Assembly (NCBI GenBank): GCA_963422375.2
Contig: CAXXKD010000001.1
Span: forward strand, 288,001-352,000
Direction: 5' to 3'
DNA from: Bryobacterales bacterium
GTDB taxonomy: Bacteria > Acidobacteriota > Terriglobia > Bryobacterales > UBA6623
DNA length: 64,000 nt
The notes beneath the pieces were generated by a model. The model had not been told where the DNA came from, searched no databases, and saw only the letters and a program-made list of their open reading frames with translations. This document shows positions 20,375 through 30,523 of this stretch, piece after piece. The translations under genes and the position numbers were made by a program. How positions within the stretch are numbered: position 1 is the stretch's first letter; the number at the start of each line of letters is the position of its first letter.

Positions 20375-20665
20375 GTAGGTCGATAGGCGCCCGCCCCCCC
20401 GCTTGCTGCCCGTTGCGCCGCAACTCCCGGTAGATCGTCGCCCGTCTGCCCGGCGATCGCGGCCGCTCCCAGGCCCGCTCCCCGCAGCGTCTCGGTCCGG
20501 AAGCGCTCCTCCTTCGTCACGTGCGCGCTGCTCCTCGGCATGGGTCTCCCACTCCTCTCGGTGCATCTCAGCCTACTGTCGCGACACCACAGGTCGCTGC
20601 CCTTCCTCTCCCATCCCTTCCATCTTGTGGCTCGGCGGGTATCGCACTTCGGAGTTGATCGGGCG
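20375..20665 (-). mobile_element. IS30 left-end fragment (TIR plus frameshifted HTH)
   Basis: MPRSSAHVTKEERFRTETLRGAGLGAAAIA followed in a shifted frame by TIYRELRRNG; end CGCCCGATCAACTCCGAAGTGCGA resembles the ends at 23393 and 24308. Confidence 0.75.
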
Positions 20666-21273
20666 ATGTGAATGCCTCGATTGCTATCCGGAAGGCCTTC
20701 ATTCCCTAGGTGAGCGAGTCCGGGCGACATGCAGGGCGCCCGTTGGCGAAGGCGACATTCGCGATCCCGCTCTCCCGATCAAGCGACGGACCTTGAAGCG
20801 CTGAAGGCTCGCTGCGAATCCGATCCGGGATGGTTCCTAGAGACCAACCGGAAGACTGCGCGGCCCACCCGCCGGGAAGCGCGGAGGCAGGCGCGACCGG
20901 GCCTCAGCTCCCGCCGTGCAGTCCGAGCGCGGGCGCGCTGGATCGTCCCGCGAGGTGCAGCATGAACGACGGACGCCCTGCGGAGGAGCCTTCGCTCCGC
21001 TTGCGACCGCGGCACTCCGCCGGTGCGTGCGGGACCGATCTGCTTCGCCGGAACTCACAGCGACCGCCCCGGCCCGCGAATGCGAAGCGGGGACCGCCAC
21101 GTGGCCCCATGGATCCGGTCTGCCCGACCAGCCCGGCCTCTCGCCGGCTGCCATCACCGGCTCGCTCCGCAGGCGGACGTGCCTGCGAGCAAGAGCCGGC
21201 TCGCCCGCCTGCGCTGCGCCGGTCGGCGCGGAACAGCGCCCGCGGGCCGGGCCGGCAAGGCTCCTGCCCGCGC

Positions 21274-21534
21274 TCAGTGGCGACCGAAGCGGGCGAGCAG
21301 GGCCTCGCCGCTCTCGCTCTGCAACACCCAGACCCCGACCTCGTCCAAAGCGGCGCTGTCGCGAACCCCCTGGAGCGTCGCCGCGAGCGAGCGCGAACAG
21401 CTCTCGCCGAAACGCACCCGGGTCAGCCTCACGAGCATCTCCACGCGGCCTTCCACGCGGCCTTCCACGCGGCCCTCCACGCGGCCTTTCGCTTCCAGTT
21501 CCCGGGCTATCCTGTCAACCGTATCTCGCAGCAT
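21274..21534 (-). CDS. Putative intragenic small Rpn protein (RpnS-like antitoxin, 86 aa)
   Basis: In-frame ATG at 21534 preceded by GAGAGGAGCAGGACACCGCG; product MLRDTVDRIARELEAKGRVEGRVEGRVEGRVE... Confidence 0.55.
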   Translation of the reverse strand: MLRDTVDRIARELEAKGRVEGRVEGRVEGRVEMLVRLTRVRFGESCSRSLAATLQGVRDSAALDEVGVWVLQSESGEALLARFGRH

Positions 21535-22290
21535 CGCGGTGTCCTGCTCCTCTCCCGCCAGTCCGTCCAAGTCGTCCAGTGTCACCTGCGGAAAGCGGTG
21601 CGGCCAGATCTCCGCCTCCACCCAGCCGTCCAGGCTCTCCCTCGGCCCCGCCTCGTCCCGGCTGCGCAGGTAGCGCTCCTTGTGCGCCAGCGCCAGCACC
21701 AGCTGCTCCAAGGTCTCGCAGCGGTCGAGCTCGAACACCAGCGCAGCCCCGTTCTCGCTCGCCTTGGGTTCCGGGCCCCGCCAGTGCCGCACGTCCACCA
21801 GCGCGAAGCGCACCGCCAGCTGGAACGCCTTCAGCGCCTCCGGCACCTTGTAACCCAGCCCCGCCATCTCCAGCGGCCCGGCCCAGGGCTTCTTGCCGTT
21901 GTAGACCACCGTCGCCAGCACCGGCGGCAGCAGCCCGCGCCCCCGCACCTGTCCGCTCGCCAGCAGCCAGTTGTACAGCTGCAGCACGTATTCGGCGACG
22001 CGCAGCGGCATGCGGCGCTCGCTCTTCGACTGGAACTCCAGCATCAGGTACAGGTACAGCGCCCGCCCGCGCCAGGTCGCGCGCCAGATCAGGTCGTTGC
22101 GGCGCAGCCGCAGGTCGGCGGCCACGTGCTCGGTCGCCACCGGAGTCAGCGTCGACCGATCCAGGTGCCGCGCCCAGTCCGCCCCGCAGTAGGCCGTCAG
22201 CGGGTCGGCCATGATCGCCGGGGAGCCGAATGCCAGCTTATAGGACTCGTCGTGCCTGCGCCTGCGCTTGCCGGCCGTCCCCGCGCATCG
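21274..22290 (-). CDS. Rpn / YhgA-like (transposase_31) PD-(D/E)XK nuclease
   Basis: The frame continues upstream of ORF 21274..22212 with RHDESYKLAF; NDLIWR, YLMLEFQS, MPLRVAEY, LPPVLATVVYNG..PW; C-terminal (GRVE)4. The nearest upstream ATG (about 22289) is out of frame by 1 nt, so the start is uncertain. Confidence 0.85.
   Translation of the reverse strand, partial: RCAGTAGKRRRRHDESYKLAFGSPAIMADPLTAYCGADWARHLDRSTLTPVATEHVAADLRLRRNDLIWRATWRGRALYLYLMLEFQSKSERRMPLRVAEYVLQLYNWLLASGQVRGRGLLPPVLATVVYNGKKPWAGPLEMAGLGYKVPEALKAFQLAVRFALVDVRHWRGPEPKASENGAALVFELDRCETLEQLVLALAHKERYLRSRDEAGPRESLDGWVEAEIWPHRFPQVTLDDLDGLAGEEQDTAMLRDTVDRIARELEAKGRVEGRVEGRVEGRVEMLVRLTRVRFGESCSRSLAATLQGVRDSAALDEVGVWVLQSESGEALLARFGRH
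21440..21487. repeat. 4 x 12-bp tandem repeat (TCCACGCGGCCY) encoding GRVE
   Basis: Units start at 21440, 21452, 21464, 21476. Confidence 0.95.
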
Positions 22291-22689
22291 CCCTGCCGTC
22301 CCGTCCGGCCGCGACAGTCCGATTATGGCACGTGCGCCATGCGGCCGGAGGCCACCGCCCGGGCGGACCGAATCCTGCTGGCGGCCGTGCGGCGCGCCGG
22401 TCTGCGGCGAGAGCCGCGTGCCGGAGGTCGGATCGAATCGCGGGAATGCCGCGACTCCTTCCGGCGTTCAGCTGTTTCAACCGGGCCTCGGAGTTCCGTA
22501 CATGGGCCGGCTCGGAGTGTCCGCGGATCGGGGCCACGCGTCCCGTTCGAGCGGTTCGAGCGAAGGGCGGGGGAGCGTCGGGCCGGTCGGCAGGGGCTCG
22601 CAGGCCAAGCGCGGGCTGGTGCCGGGACCGACCGTCCGTGATCGGTCGAGCTCGGTGATCGGCGGTGCGGGCGCCTGGTCCCGGGCGGG

Positions 22690-22860
22690 GGGAATGTACT
22701 GGCAATCGGGCTCCTTGAAGAAGCGATCCACCTTGTCAGTCAAGTCCCTTAGCGACTTGAATTCCGCCTCGAGAAGGCGCAACAGCTCGTCCTTGGTCTT
22801 GAAGCATTTCTAGCTCACCATCGGCTTCACATGCGACCATCCCAGCTCAGCTGGGTGCAT
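22690..22860 (-). pseudogene. IS630-family transposase 3' fragment
   Basis: HPAELGWSHVKPMVS*KCFKTKDELL...KVDRFFKEPDCQYI resembles the IS630 C-terminus; internal stop. Confidence 0.6.
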
Positions 22861-22870
22861 CCGCACGAAC

Positions 22871-23288
22871 ATGTTGGCGGCGATCAGTCCGGACGGACAG
22901 CTGTTCTACATGCTCCATGACGGGAGCACGACTGCCGAGACGTTCTGCGAGTTCCTAGGAAGGATCTCAGCGGAAGTGCCGGGCCAGACGATCCATCTGG
23001 TGGCGGACGGCGTGAGAATCCACACGGCGAACAGACTGCGGGAGTTTCTTGAAGGCGAGCTACAACGAGGAAGGATCGAAGTTCGGATTCTGCCGGCGTA
23101 CTCGCCGGAATTGAACCCAGTGGAGACACTGTGGTCATAGGTATAGAGAAGATATTTCCAACAGATATTCAAGATAAGAGATGACCTGAAGAACACGTTA
23201 GCCGAGGCGCTGGAGCACCTGAAGCGGACACCGGAGCTGGTCATCGCGACCTTCAAGCAAGCTGAGTGCGCCTACATCCTGGGCTGAT
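22871..23288 (+). pseudogene. IS630-family transposase 3' fragment
   Basis: AAISPDG, FCEFL, IHLVADGVRIH, LPAYSPELNPVETLWS followed by TAG stops, ending ATFKQAECAYILG*. Confidence 0.85.
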
Positions 23289-23392
23289 CCGCGGAGAAGA
23301 CTTTTGACGAGTTCAGTAGAACCTCTGGTCTGCAGTAGCGGATCAATGGGAGAAAACGCCCATTTCCACCGCAGCAATGATCTGAGAAATTC

Positions 23393-24308
23393 CGCCCATT
23401 CAACTCCGAAGTGCGAGAAGAGGATAGGGTGGGGTGGACTGGGATGCTGGGCGATGCAAGCAAATCCAGCGGTGCCCGACAACCCGTTGCCGGGAAGACC
23501 TTCTCCGGCGTCCGCCCGCCACAGGTCGCGGGGAGGGTGAAGCTGGAGGGGGCGCTGGAGATCAGCCCGGAACGGATCTGCCAGCTGGTGCGCGAGAACC
23601 GGCGGCAGGGGGGCCGGCTGCACCGGCAACTCACGCAGGGCGGGCGAATGCGAGTCCGGCGGGCCGGTCGGTCGGGACGTGATCCCGCGGCGCGTGGACA
23701 AATAGCGGAGCGCCCGGCTGAGGCGACGGCGCGCGCGGGGGACTGGGTGGCGGACACGGTGATCGGCGGGAAGCACCGTGGGGCGCTGGTGCCCTTGGTG
23801 GGCCTACCTGCTGGTGAAGCCGGTTAGTCGCCGCACGGCGCAGCTCGTCGGGGCGGCGATGACGGCCATGCTCGGAGGGAGCGGGGCGGTGACGCGCACG
23901 ATCACGCCGGACAACGGCAGAGAGTTCGCGGAGCACCGGGAGGTGGCAGAGCGGCTGGGCGTGGGAGGCGCGGGACCGCCTGAACCGGCGTCCGCGGAAG
24001 GTGCCGGGCGGGCGCACGCCGGAGGAAGTCTTCCCGGCGGAGCGGGAGCCGCGGGGCTGAGGAAGGGCTGGCAGCGCGGCGGGCGGCCCGGTGCCAGGAC
24101 AGGGAGCGAGCCGAGCCCCGGGGACAGGGGCGCAGGGGAACTGCGCCCTGGCAGGCGCGGATTCGGCATTCCCGCCTGCCCGGGAACCGGAACCGCCTGT
24201 TTCGGCCGTGCAGCGGCTTGTCTGGCGCTGCTGGATCTGCCAGCATCGTCACGGCATTCCAGCCCACTGCGCCTTACCCTGTTGTCGCACTTCGGAGTTG
24301 AAACGTCG
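23393..24308. mobile_element. Two fused IS30 3' fragments in opposite orientation
   Basis: Plus strand: SPERI, IAERP, GDWVADTVIG, TITPDNGREFAEH, GRTPEEVF. Minus strand near 23490-23520: GGRTPEKVFP. About 100-bp imperfect inverted repeat between 23393-23490 and 24210-24308. Confidence 0.8.
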
Positions 24309-24609
24309 GCCGGCCCCGGCTAGGCAGCGTTGTGAGCGAGCTAGCGGACCTATTGCGGACACGCTTGCGAGTGGCTCGAGACTGCGCCGGTCTCCAGTCA
24401 CGAAGACGTCGGCAGCTCGCGTCAGCTGCGCGCTGCGCCCGCGGCTTCCCGCCCCGTCCGCGAGGGCAGCCGTCCGGGTGCCGCGATCCCGGGGATTTGA
24501 TCGGAAGGGCCCGCCGAGCGTCGCGAGCCGACCTGTGTCGGGGTCTCGCGCCCGGCGTCGGCGCGGCCCGCTGTATCGACCGCAGTGCATCTGCTGTAGA
24601 TTAGATCGC

Positions 24610-25470
24610 GTGGGTGCAATCAAGCCATTTCTCCTCTCGGTCTGCAACGAGCTTTACGGAGATGCAGACTTCGCGGACTGCTGCAGGTCGATCCGGCGCG
24701 CTGGCTGGGACGGCATCGAGATCGCGCCGTTCACCCTGATGCAGGACGCGACACGCCTCCCGGCGTCCCGGCGCCGCGAGGTGCGCAACATCATCGCCTC
24801 GGAAGGACTCGACTTCGTGGGACTGCATTGGCTGACGGTCGGTCCCGAGGGCCTGCAGGTCACCACGCCGGACGCGACAGTCAGGCAGCGCAGCTGGGAC
24901 TACGTCCGCGGACTGATCTCGCTGTGTGCCGACCTGCGGCCCGCAGGCGCGACAGGCGGCGTGATGGTGTTCGGCTCGCCGGGTCAGCGCCGCGCCGTAG
25001 GCGGCCTGTCACCCGCGGAGGCCGAAGCGAACTACGTCGAGGGCGTGCGCTCGATCGTTGCGGACCTTGAGGCGGCCGGCGTGACTCTCTGCGTGGAGGC
25101 GCTCCCCATCGGCCAGTGCGACGTGATCATGACGCTGGACCGAGCGGCGGAAATCGTCGGCGAGATCGGCAGCCCGAACGTCCAGACGATGTTCGATTCC
25201 CACAACGCGATCGACGAACGGGAGCCGCACGCCAACTTGGTCGCGCGGCACTGGTCCAAGATTCGGCATATCCACGTCAACGAGCTGGACGGCAGCTACC
25301 CGCGCCCGGCGGGCGGCTACGACTTCAAGCCCGTGCTGCAGGTCGCCCGGGACCGCGCGTTCGCCGGATGGGTCTCGATGGAGGTGTTCGACTTCTCGCC
25401 CGGAGCGGAGCGGATCGTCAGCGAGTCCATCGCGTACCTGAGGGACGAGATCGCCCGGCTCGACGGGTGA
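24610..25470 (+). CDS. Sugar phosphate isomerase/epimerase (ketose 3-epimerase-like TIM barrel)
   Basis: CNE, GWDGIEIAPFT, VFGSPGQR, CVEAL, MFDSHN, HIHVNE, WVSMEVFDF; GTG start at 24610. Confidence 0.88.
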   Translation: MGAIKPFLLSVCNELYGDADFADCCRSIRRAGWDGIEIAPFTLMQDATRLPASRRREVRNIIASEGLDFVGLHWLTVGPEGLQVTTPDATVRQRSWDYVRGLISLCADLRPAGATGGVMVFGSPGQRRAVGGLSPAEAEANYVEGVRSIVADLEAAGVTLCVEALPIGQCDVIMTLDRAAEIVGEIGSPNVQTMFDSHNAIDEREPHANLVARHWSKIRHIHVNELDGSYPRPAGGYDFKPVLQVARDRAFAGWVSMEVFDFSPGAERIVSESIAYLRDEIARLDG

Positions 25471-25490
25471 GTGCCGCGGCGCGGCGGCGC

Positions 25491-25979
25491 TCAGTAGACC
25501 GCGAACGCGAACACGGTGTTGCGTCCTTCGGGCGTCAGGCCGTACTCCCCCGCGGCCAGGCTGGCGCTGATGCGAATTCGCACCACGCGGGCCTCGATGC
25601 CGTCAATTTGCAGGAAATACGGCTCGGCTACCACCTTCTTCTTCCTGCGGTAGAGGAGCTCGCGCCGACCCTTGGTGACCTCAAAGCCGAACAGCCGCAG
25701 GTCGCGGGGATCGATATCGTTCGAGTCGAAGAGGAACTCCGGGGCGGCGAGCGGCGTCTTCACGGCCGCCGCGGGTCCGGCGAGCGTGTACCGCAGCTGG
25801 TTCTTCGCCTCCTCGGGCGTCGCCTCGGCGGCTTCGAGTTCACGGATCTCGCTGCCGTGAATCAGGTACGGAATGTCCTGCTTGGGCGGGTTGGGCAGTC
25901 CGAGTCGGTTGCTGCTGCCCTCTTCCTGACCCGACAGGGCGAGCGCGCACAGCGCGAAGGCGATCGCCAGTCGGAGCAT
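25491..25979 (-). CDS. Hypothetical secreted protein
   Basis: Signal peptide MLRLAIAFALCALALSG; coding-like codon usage; -10 box upstream. Confidence 0.75.
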   Translation of the reverse strand: MLRLAIAFALCALALSGQEEGSSNRLGLPNPPKQDIPYLIHGSEIRELEAAEATPEEAKNQLRYTLAGPAAAVKTPLAAPEFLFDSNDIDPRDLRLFGFEVTKGRRELLYRRKKKVVAEPYFLQIDGIEARVVRIRISASLAAGEYGLTPEGRNTVFAFAVY

Positions 25980-26025
25980 AACGCCAAGAGTTTACCGTAG
26001 CGGGACTCGGCGTATCATTCTGGCC

Positions 26026-26481
26026 ATGACGATCCGACGGGCCGGTCCGGCCGATCTCGAGACGATAGTGGAGTTTAACGTCCTGCTGGCCGTTGAGTCC
26101 GAAGGCGTTACCCTCGACCGGGACCGCCTGCGCGCCGGTGTTTCAGCGTTGCTCGCGGACGAGTCGCTGGGCATGTACTTGCTAGCGGAGGAGAACGGGT
26201 CGGCGGCCGGGCAGCTGGCGCTGACCTACGAGTGGAGCGATTGGCGCAACGGCATGTTTTGGTGGCTGCAGAACGTCTACGTCCGGCCCCAGCGCCGCCG
26301 TCGAGGGGTCCTGCGGCAACTCTACGGCCAGGTGCTGCACATGGCGCGAGAGCGCGGCGTGTGCGGCGTGAGGCTCTACGTGGACCGGGAGAACCGCGCC
26401 GCGCAGCGGGCGTACAGGCGCCTCGGTCTAGACCTGTCCGTGTACCACATGTTCGAGGACGATTTCGTGCTCGCGCGCTAG
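26026..26481 (+). CDS. GNAT family N-acetyltransferase
   Basis: TYEWSDWRNG, VYVRPQRRRRGV, RLYVDRENRAAQRAYRRLG. Confidence 0.92.
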   Translation: MTIRRAGPADLETIVEFNVLLAVESEGVTLDRDRLRAGVSALLADESLGMYLLAEENGSAAGQLALTYEWSDWRNGMFWWLQNVYVRPQRRRRGVLRQLYGQVLHMARERGVCGVRLYVDRENRAAQRAYRRLGLDLSVYHMFEDDFVLAR

Positions 26482-29006
26482 AGCCGCTCCGAGGGCCCGG
26501 CCCGATGCCGTGGGCCAGCCATCGCGCCGCGAGCAGGCGGGTCCCCGGCTGGGCCCGCTTCGCTCGGCTTCGTTGAACATCCGATCCGAGCTGTCCGAAA
26601 CGCCACGATTGCAAGAAATCGCCGCCCCGCGGCGGCGGATGTCGTGCTGGCCTCACGCCGGCAGCCTCCTGCGATGCCAGCGCGCCTCCCTCAGAAGTAG
26701 AGCTTCAGCCCGAGTTGCATCTCGCGATGGGAGTTCCCCGCGTTCACCACGCCGAAACCCGACTGGCCCACTTGGTCCCGCGGATTGTTCATTTCCGGCG
26801 TGTTGAAGCTGTTGAACGTCTCGAATCGGAATTGCATCCGCACCCGCTCGGCAATCGAGGTGTTCTTCGACAGCGCGATGTTGAAGATGTGCGGCGTGCC
26901 GGGACCCAGCGTGCCGGGCACCTTGCGCCCGGCGTTGCCGAGAGTGAACGGGGCGGGCGCCTCGAAGGCCGCTTCGTTGGTCCAGACGATCCTGCGGCGC
27001 CCTCCGGGCGCGGGCGCGCCGCGGCTCGGGTGGTTCGGGTCGCCGACGAGGTTGGCGTACAGCGTCGCGTCGGCGGCGTTGTCCCCCTTGACGTCGCGAG
27101 CCCCGTTCAAGACGGTCACGCCGAACGGCGAGCCGCTCTGGAACGTGTAGATTCCGGAGACCTGCCATCCGCCGGCCAGCTTGTCGGCGACCCCGCTGAG
27201 CGCGAAGCGCTTGCCCCTGCCGAACGGCAGCTCGTAGACCGGGCTGAAGACCATGCGTTGCGGCGCGTGGACAGCGACCACTCCGAGGCGAAGTCGTAGA
27301 TGTTCTGGAACCAGTCGTGGTTGCCCAGGCTCGCCGCGTTCTCGCCCACGAACGGCGCGTTGTCGTACCACCGCGAGAAGGTGTACAGGAAGATGTATCC
27401 CACTCCGCGGTTGAAGCGGCGCTCGGTCTTGAACGAGACGCCTTGGTAGTCGGACTTGAAGAAGTTGGGGTTGTTCATGCGGATCTGGCCGGTGCCTCCG
27501 TATTGCGTGAAGGGCTTGAGGATCCGCTGAGTCTGGCCGCCGTACTCGTTCAGGCCCACCCGGTGCAGGTTCTGCGGATGGATCTGGTTGAGATTCATGC
27601 GGCGCAGGTTGACCTTCTTGGCGAACTTCGCGTAGTAGCGCACCTCGAACAGCTGCTGGCCGACCTGGTGCTGGAACGTCAGGTTCCAGTCGAACGCATA
27701 CGGCGTGCGGTGGTTGATGTCCACGTAGTCGACGCGCCCCTGCACGAATTCCGTCCCGCGCGTCCCGAAGTTGTGGTTCAGCTCGGACGCGTCCGGAATC
27801 TGCAGGAATGTGGACGGCATCCCGTCCTTCAGCAGCGGCACCTGGCCGCCTCCGATGTTCCCGGCGCCGCCGAAGCCCTGGCTGCCGGTCTGCAGCACGT
27901 TCCCGTCGTAGTTCCCGCCGAACATGACCGCGAAACCGCCGCGGATGACCGTCTCGCTGCTGCCGCCGGGCTTGTGGGCGAACCCGAACCGCGGGCCGAA
28001 GTTGTTGCGGTCCGGCGGATCGGATTCCTGGGGTATCCGTCGCGGCCGGCGAAGAAGAACGCCCCGGTCTGTCCGCTGCGGATTCCGTTCGTCCCTGCCG
28101 CGGGCAGCGGCAGGCCGGGGTCCCATCCGGTGATGCGGTCGGCGACCTCGACGAAGGGTCCCTCGTACTCGTATCGCATTCCCAGGTTCAGCGTGAGCTG
28201 GCCGTTGACGCGCCAGTCGTTCTGGAAGAAGCCCGCCCAGTACGAGGAGCGGCGGCCGAAGGAAGGGTAAGCTTGGACGCGCGCCCGGTCGGCCTGGCCG
28301 AGCAGGAACGACGCTAGGTCCGCCCCGTGCCGGCGATCACGCTGCCGTCGGGACTCAGTCCGCGCGTGTCGGTGTTGGCGAAATCGAAGACGCTCGAAGC
28401 GGTCTGGTGTCCGAGCTCGCTGCCTGGGTACTTCCGGTAGTCGACGCCGAACTTGAAGGTCTGCGAGCCGCTGACCTTCGTGAAATGCGCCGTGTACTCG
28501 AAGTTCGTGAACGCGAACAGCCTCTGGTGGTTGCCGGCCTGGCCCAGGTTGGTGAAGCCCGGGTTGCCGCCGATGTTGAAGCGAGGGAACGCGTCCGGAC
28601 CGACCCCGGTCAATCCGATCTGCGACGCGAGATCCTCGTCGAGGTTGTGGCCTTGGACGTGGTTGCGGTAGCGGAATAATCCGCCCGTGCCGGTCATGAA
28701 GAAGGGCAGGTTGCTCACCCAGTTGCCTTCGTTGGACACGTCGACCGTGGCACGGTTCGCGTTGGGCACGAAGCCAATCACCTTCTGGGCCACGGGATCC
28801 AGGCGGTTGCTGGGAATGACGTTGTTTGCGAACTGGACCTCGCCCCCGCGGCCCCCGGCTGTCAGCGGATCGTAGACCCTGCGGATCTTCCCGTTGGACT
28901 GGAACACGGTGGAGAGGTCCCCGGCGCGCCAGGCCGGCAGTCCCACGCTGCGGACACGGAGGCCCTCGAGGTTCTGGATCGTGATGTCGTAGTTGTAGAA
29001 AAAGAA

Positions 29007-30523
29007 GGGAATTATATATCTGAGTGCCGAGGGAATCAAGTCGGCAAATTATTAAGCCATTATAAGATTTCATATTTCTTCCGACTTTCCGTTGACATTC
29101 TGTGGTGTTTCTTGGTAGAATAGTTCCAGTAGGGGATACCGTAAATGAAGAAATCAGGTCCCGGAAAGTGGTTCCGTAAAGGCATCACATTGATTGAAGT
29201 GATCGCCATGTTCCCCGATGACGAATCCGCGGAAAAGTGGTTCGCCTCCATGCGCTGGCCGGACGGTCCCGCGTGCCCCCACTGCCGCGGCTCCAGCGTG
29301 CAGTCCGACGCGGCCCACCCTTCGATGCCGTACCGTTGCCGCGGCTGCGGCAAGCGCTTTGCCGTGCGCACCGGCAGCGTGACGGCCGACACCAAGCTCG
29401 GCTACCGCACCCGGGCCGTCGCCCTGTTCCTGCTGACCACCGGCATCAAGGGCGTCTCCAGCATGAAGCTGCACCGCGACCCGGGCATCAGCCGGAAGTC
29501 GGCCTGGCACCTGGCGCACCGCATCCGCGCGTGCCGGGAGCGGGATCGGGGCCTGTTCGCCGGCCCGGCGGAGGTGGACGAGACCTGCGTCGGCGGCAAG
29601 GAGCGCAACAAGCACGAGAGCAAGAAGGCCCGCGCCGGGCGCGGGCCCGTTGGCAAGACGCCCGTGGCGGGGGCGCGGGACCGCGCCACGAACGCAGTGG
29701 CCGCGCGGCCGCTGCCGGGCACCGCCAAGGGCGACCTGCAGGGCTTCGTGCGCGGCCGCGTCGCGCCGGGGGCGCAGCTCCGCTCCGACGAGGCGGCGGC
29801 CTACGCCGGCATGGCGGAGTTCGCGCACGAAGCCGTCAGGCACTCCGGCGGCGAGTACGTGCGCGGGGCGGCGCATACGAACGGCATCGAGTCGTTTGGG
29901 TCCCTGTTCAAGCGCGGCCTGTACGGCACCTATCACCGGATGAGCGTCCGTCATCTCGGCCGCTACCTCACGGAGTTCGCGGGACGGTACAACGACCGCA
30001 ACTGCGACACGGCGGAACAGATGCGGCGCATGGCGCGGGGCTTGGTCGGCCGGACGCTGACCTATCGGCAGCTGACCGGCAAGGCCGCGGTCGCGGCCTG
30101 AGCGGCGCCCGCCGCGCTGAGCGCGGCAGCCCGCTGCGGGCGCGCGCTTCACGCTCGGTGCGCTTCACGCTCGGTGCGAGGGTCGCACCGGATCCGGCAT
30201 GCCCCGGTGCGACCCCGGTCCGGCCCGGACCGTCCATGCAGGCCGTCGAGCGCCGGGGATCCGCTGTCTTCGGCCCTCGCAGGGCCTGCAAGCGGCTTGC
30301 AAGGGGTGCCCTGCCACCGCCAACCGGGTTCCACCGGGGCATGCGAGGTGGCCTCTCTAGTCCGTTCCTCGTCCAATCCGCTGGCAGGCTCGATTCAGAT
30401 ACGATCCCACCCCTCCGTGCCTGCCGCGGCCGCACTCGAATGACCCGAGCTCGACACCGACCTCCCTGCTCAGAGCAGTTCTCGTCGGACATGGCGTCGT
30501 CGGCACTCAGATATATAATTCCC
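29007..30523 (+). mobile_element. IS1595-family insertion sequence (1517 bp)
   Basis: Perfect 24-bp TIR GGGAATTATATATCTGAGTGCCGA (29007-29030 and 30500-30523); 8-bp TSD AAAAAGAA (28999-29006 and 30524-30531). Confidence 0.96.
29145..30101 (+). CDS. IS1595-family transposase
   Basis: Zn ribbon CPHC...CRGC, EVDETCVGG, SDE, HTNGIESF, GTYH..S..HL.RYL.EF..RYN. Confidence 0.94.
   Translation: MKKSGPGKWFRKGITLIEVIAMFPDDESAEKWFASMRWPDGPACPHCRGSSVQSDAAHPSMPYRCRGCGKRFAVRTGSVTADTKLGYRTRAVALFLLTTGIKGVSSMKLHRDPGISRKSAWHLAHRIRACRERDRGLFAGPAEVDETCVGGKERNKHESKKARAGRGPVGKTPVAGARDRATNAVAARPLPGTAKGDLQGFVRGRVAPGAQLRSDEAAAYAGMAEFAHEAVRHSGGEYVRGAAHTNGIESFGSLFKRGLYGTYHRMSVRHLGRYLTEFAGRYNDRNCDTAEQMRRMARGLVGRTLTYRQLTGKAAVAA

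Noticed and set aside
21440..21487. Tandem repeats as a CRISPR array
   Set aside because: 12-bp contiguous coding repeats without spacers; no cas genes in the window.
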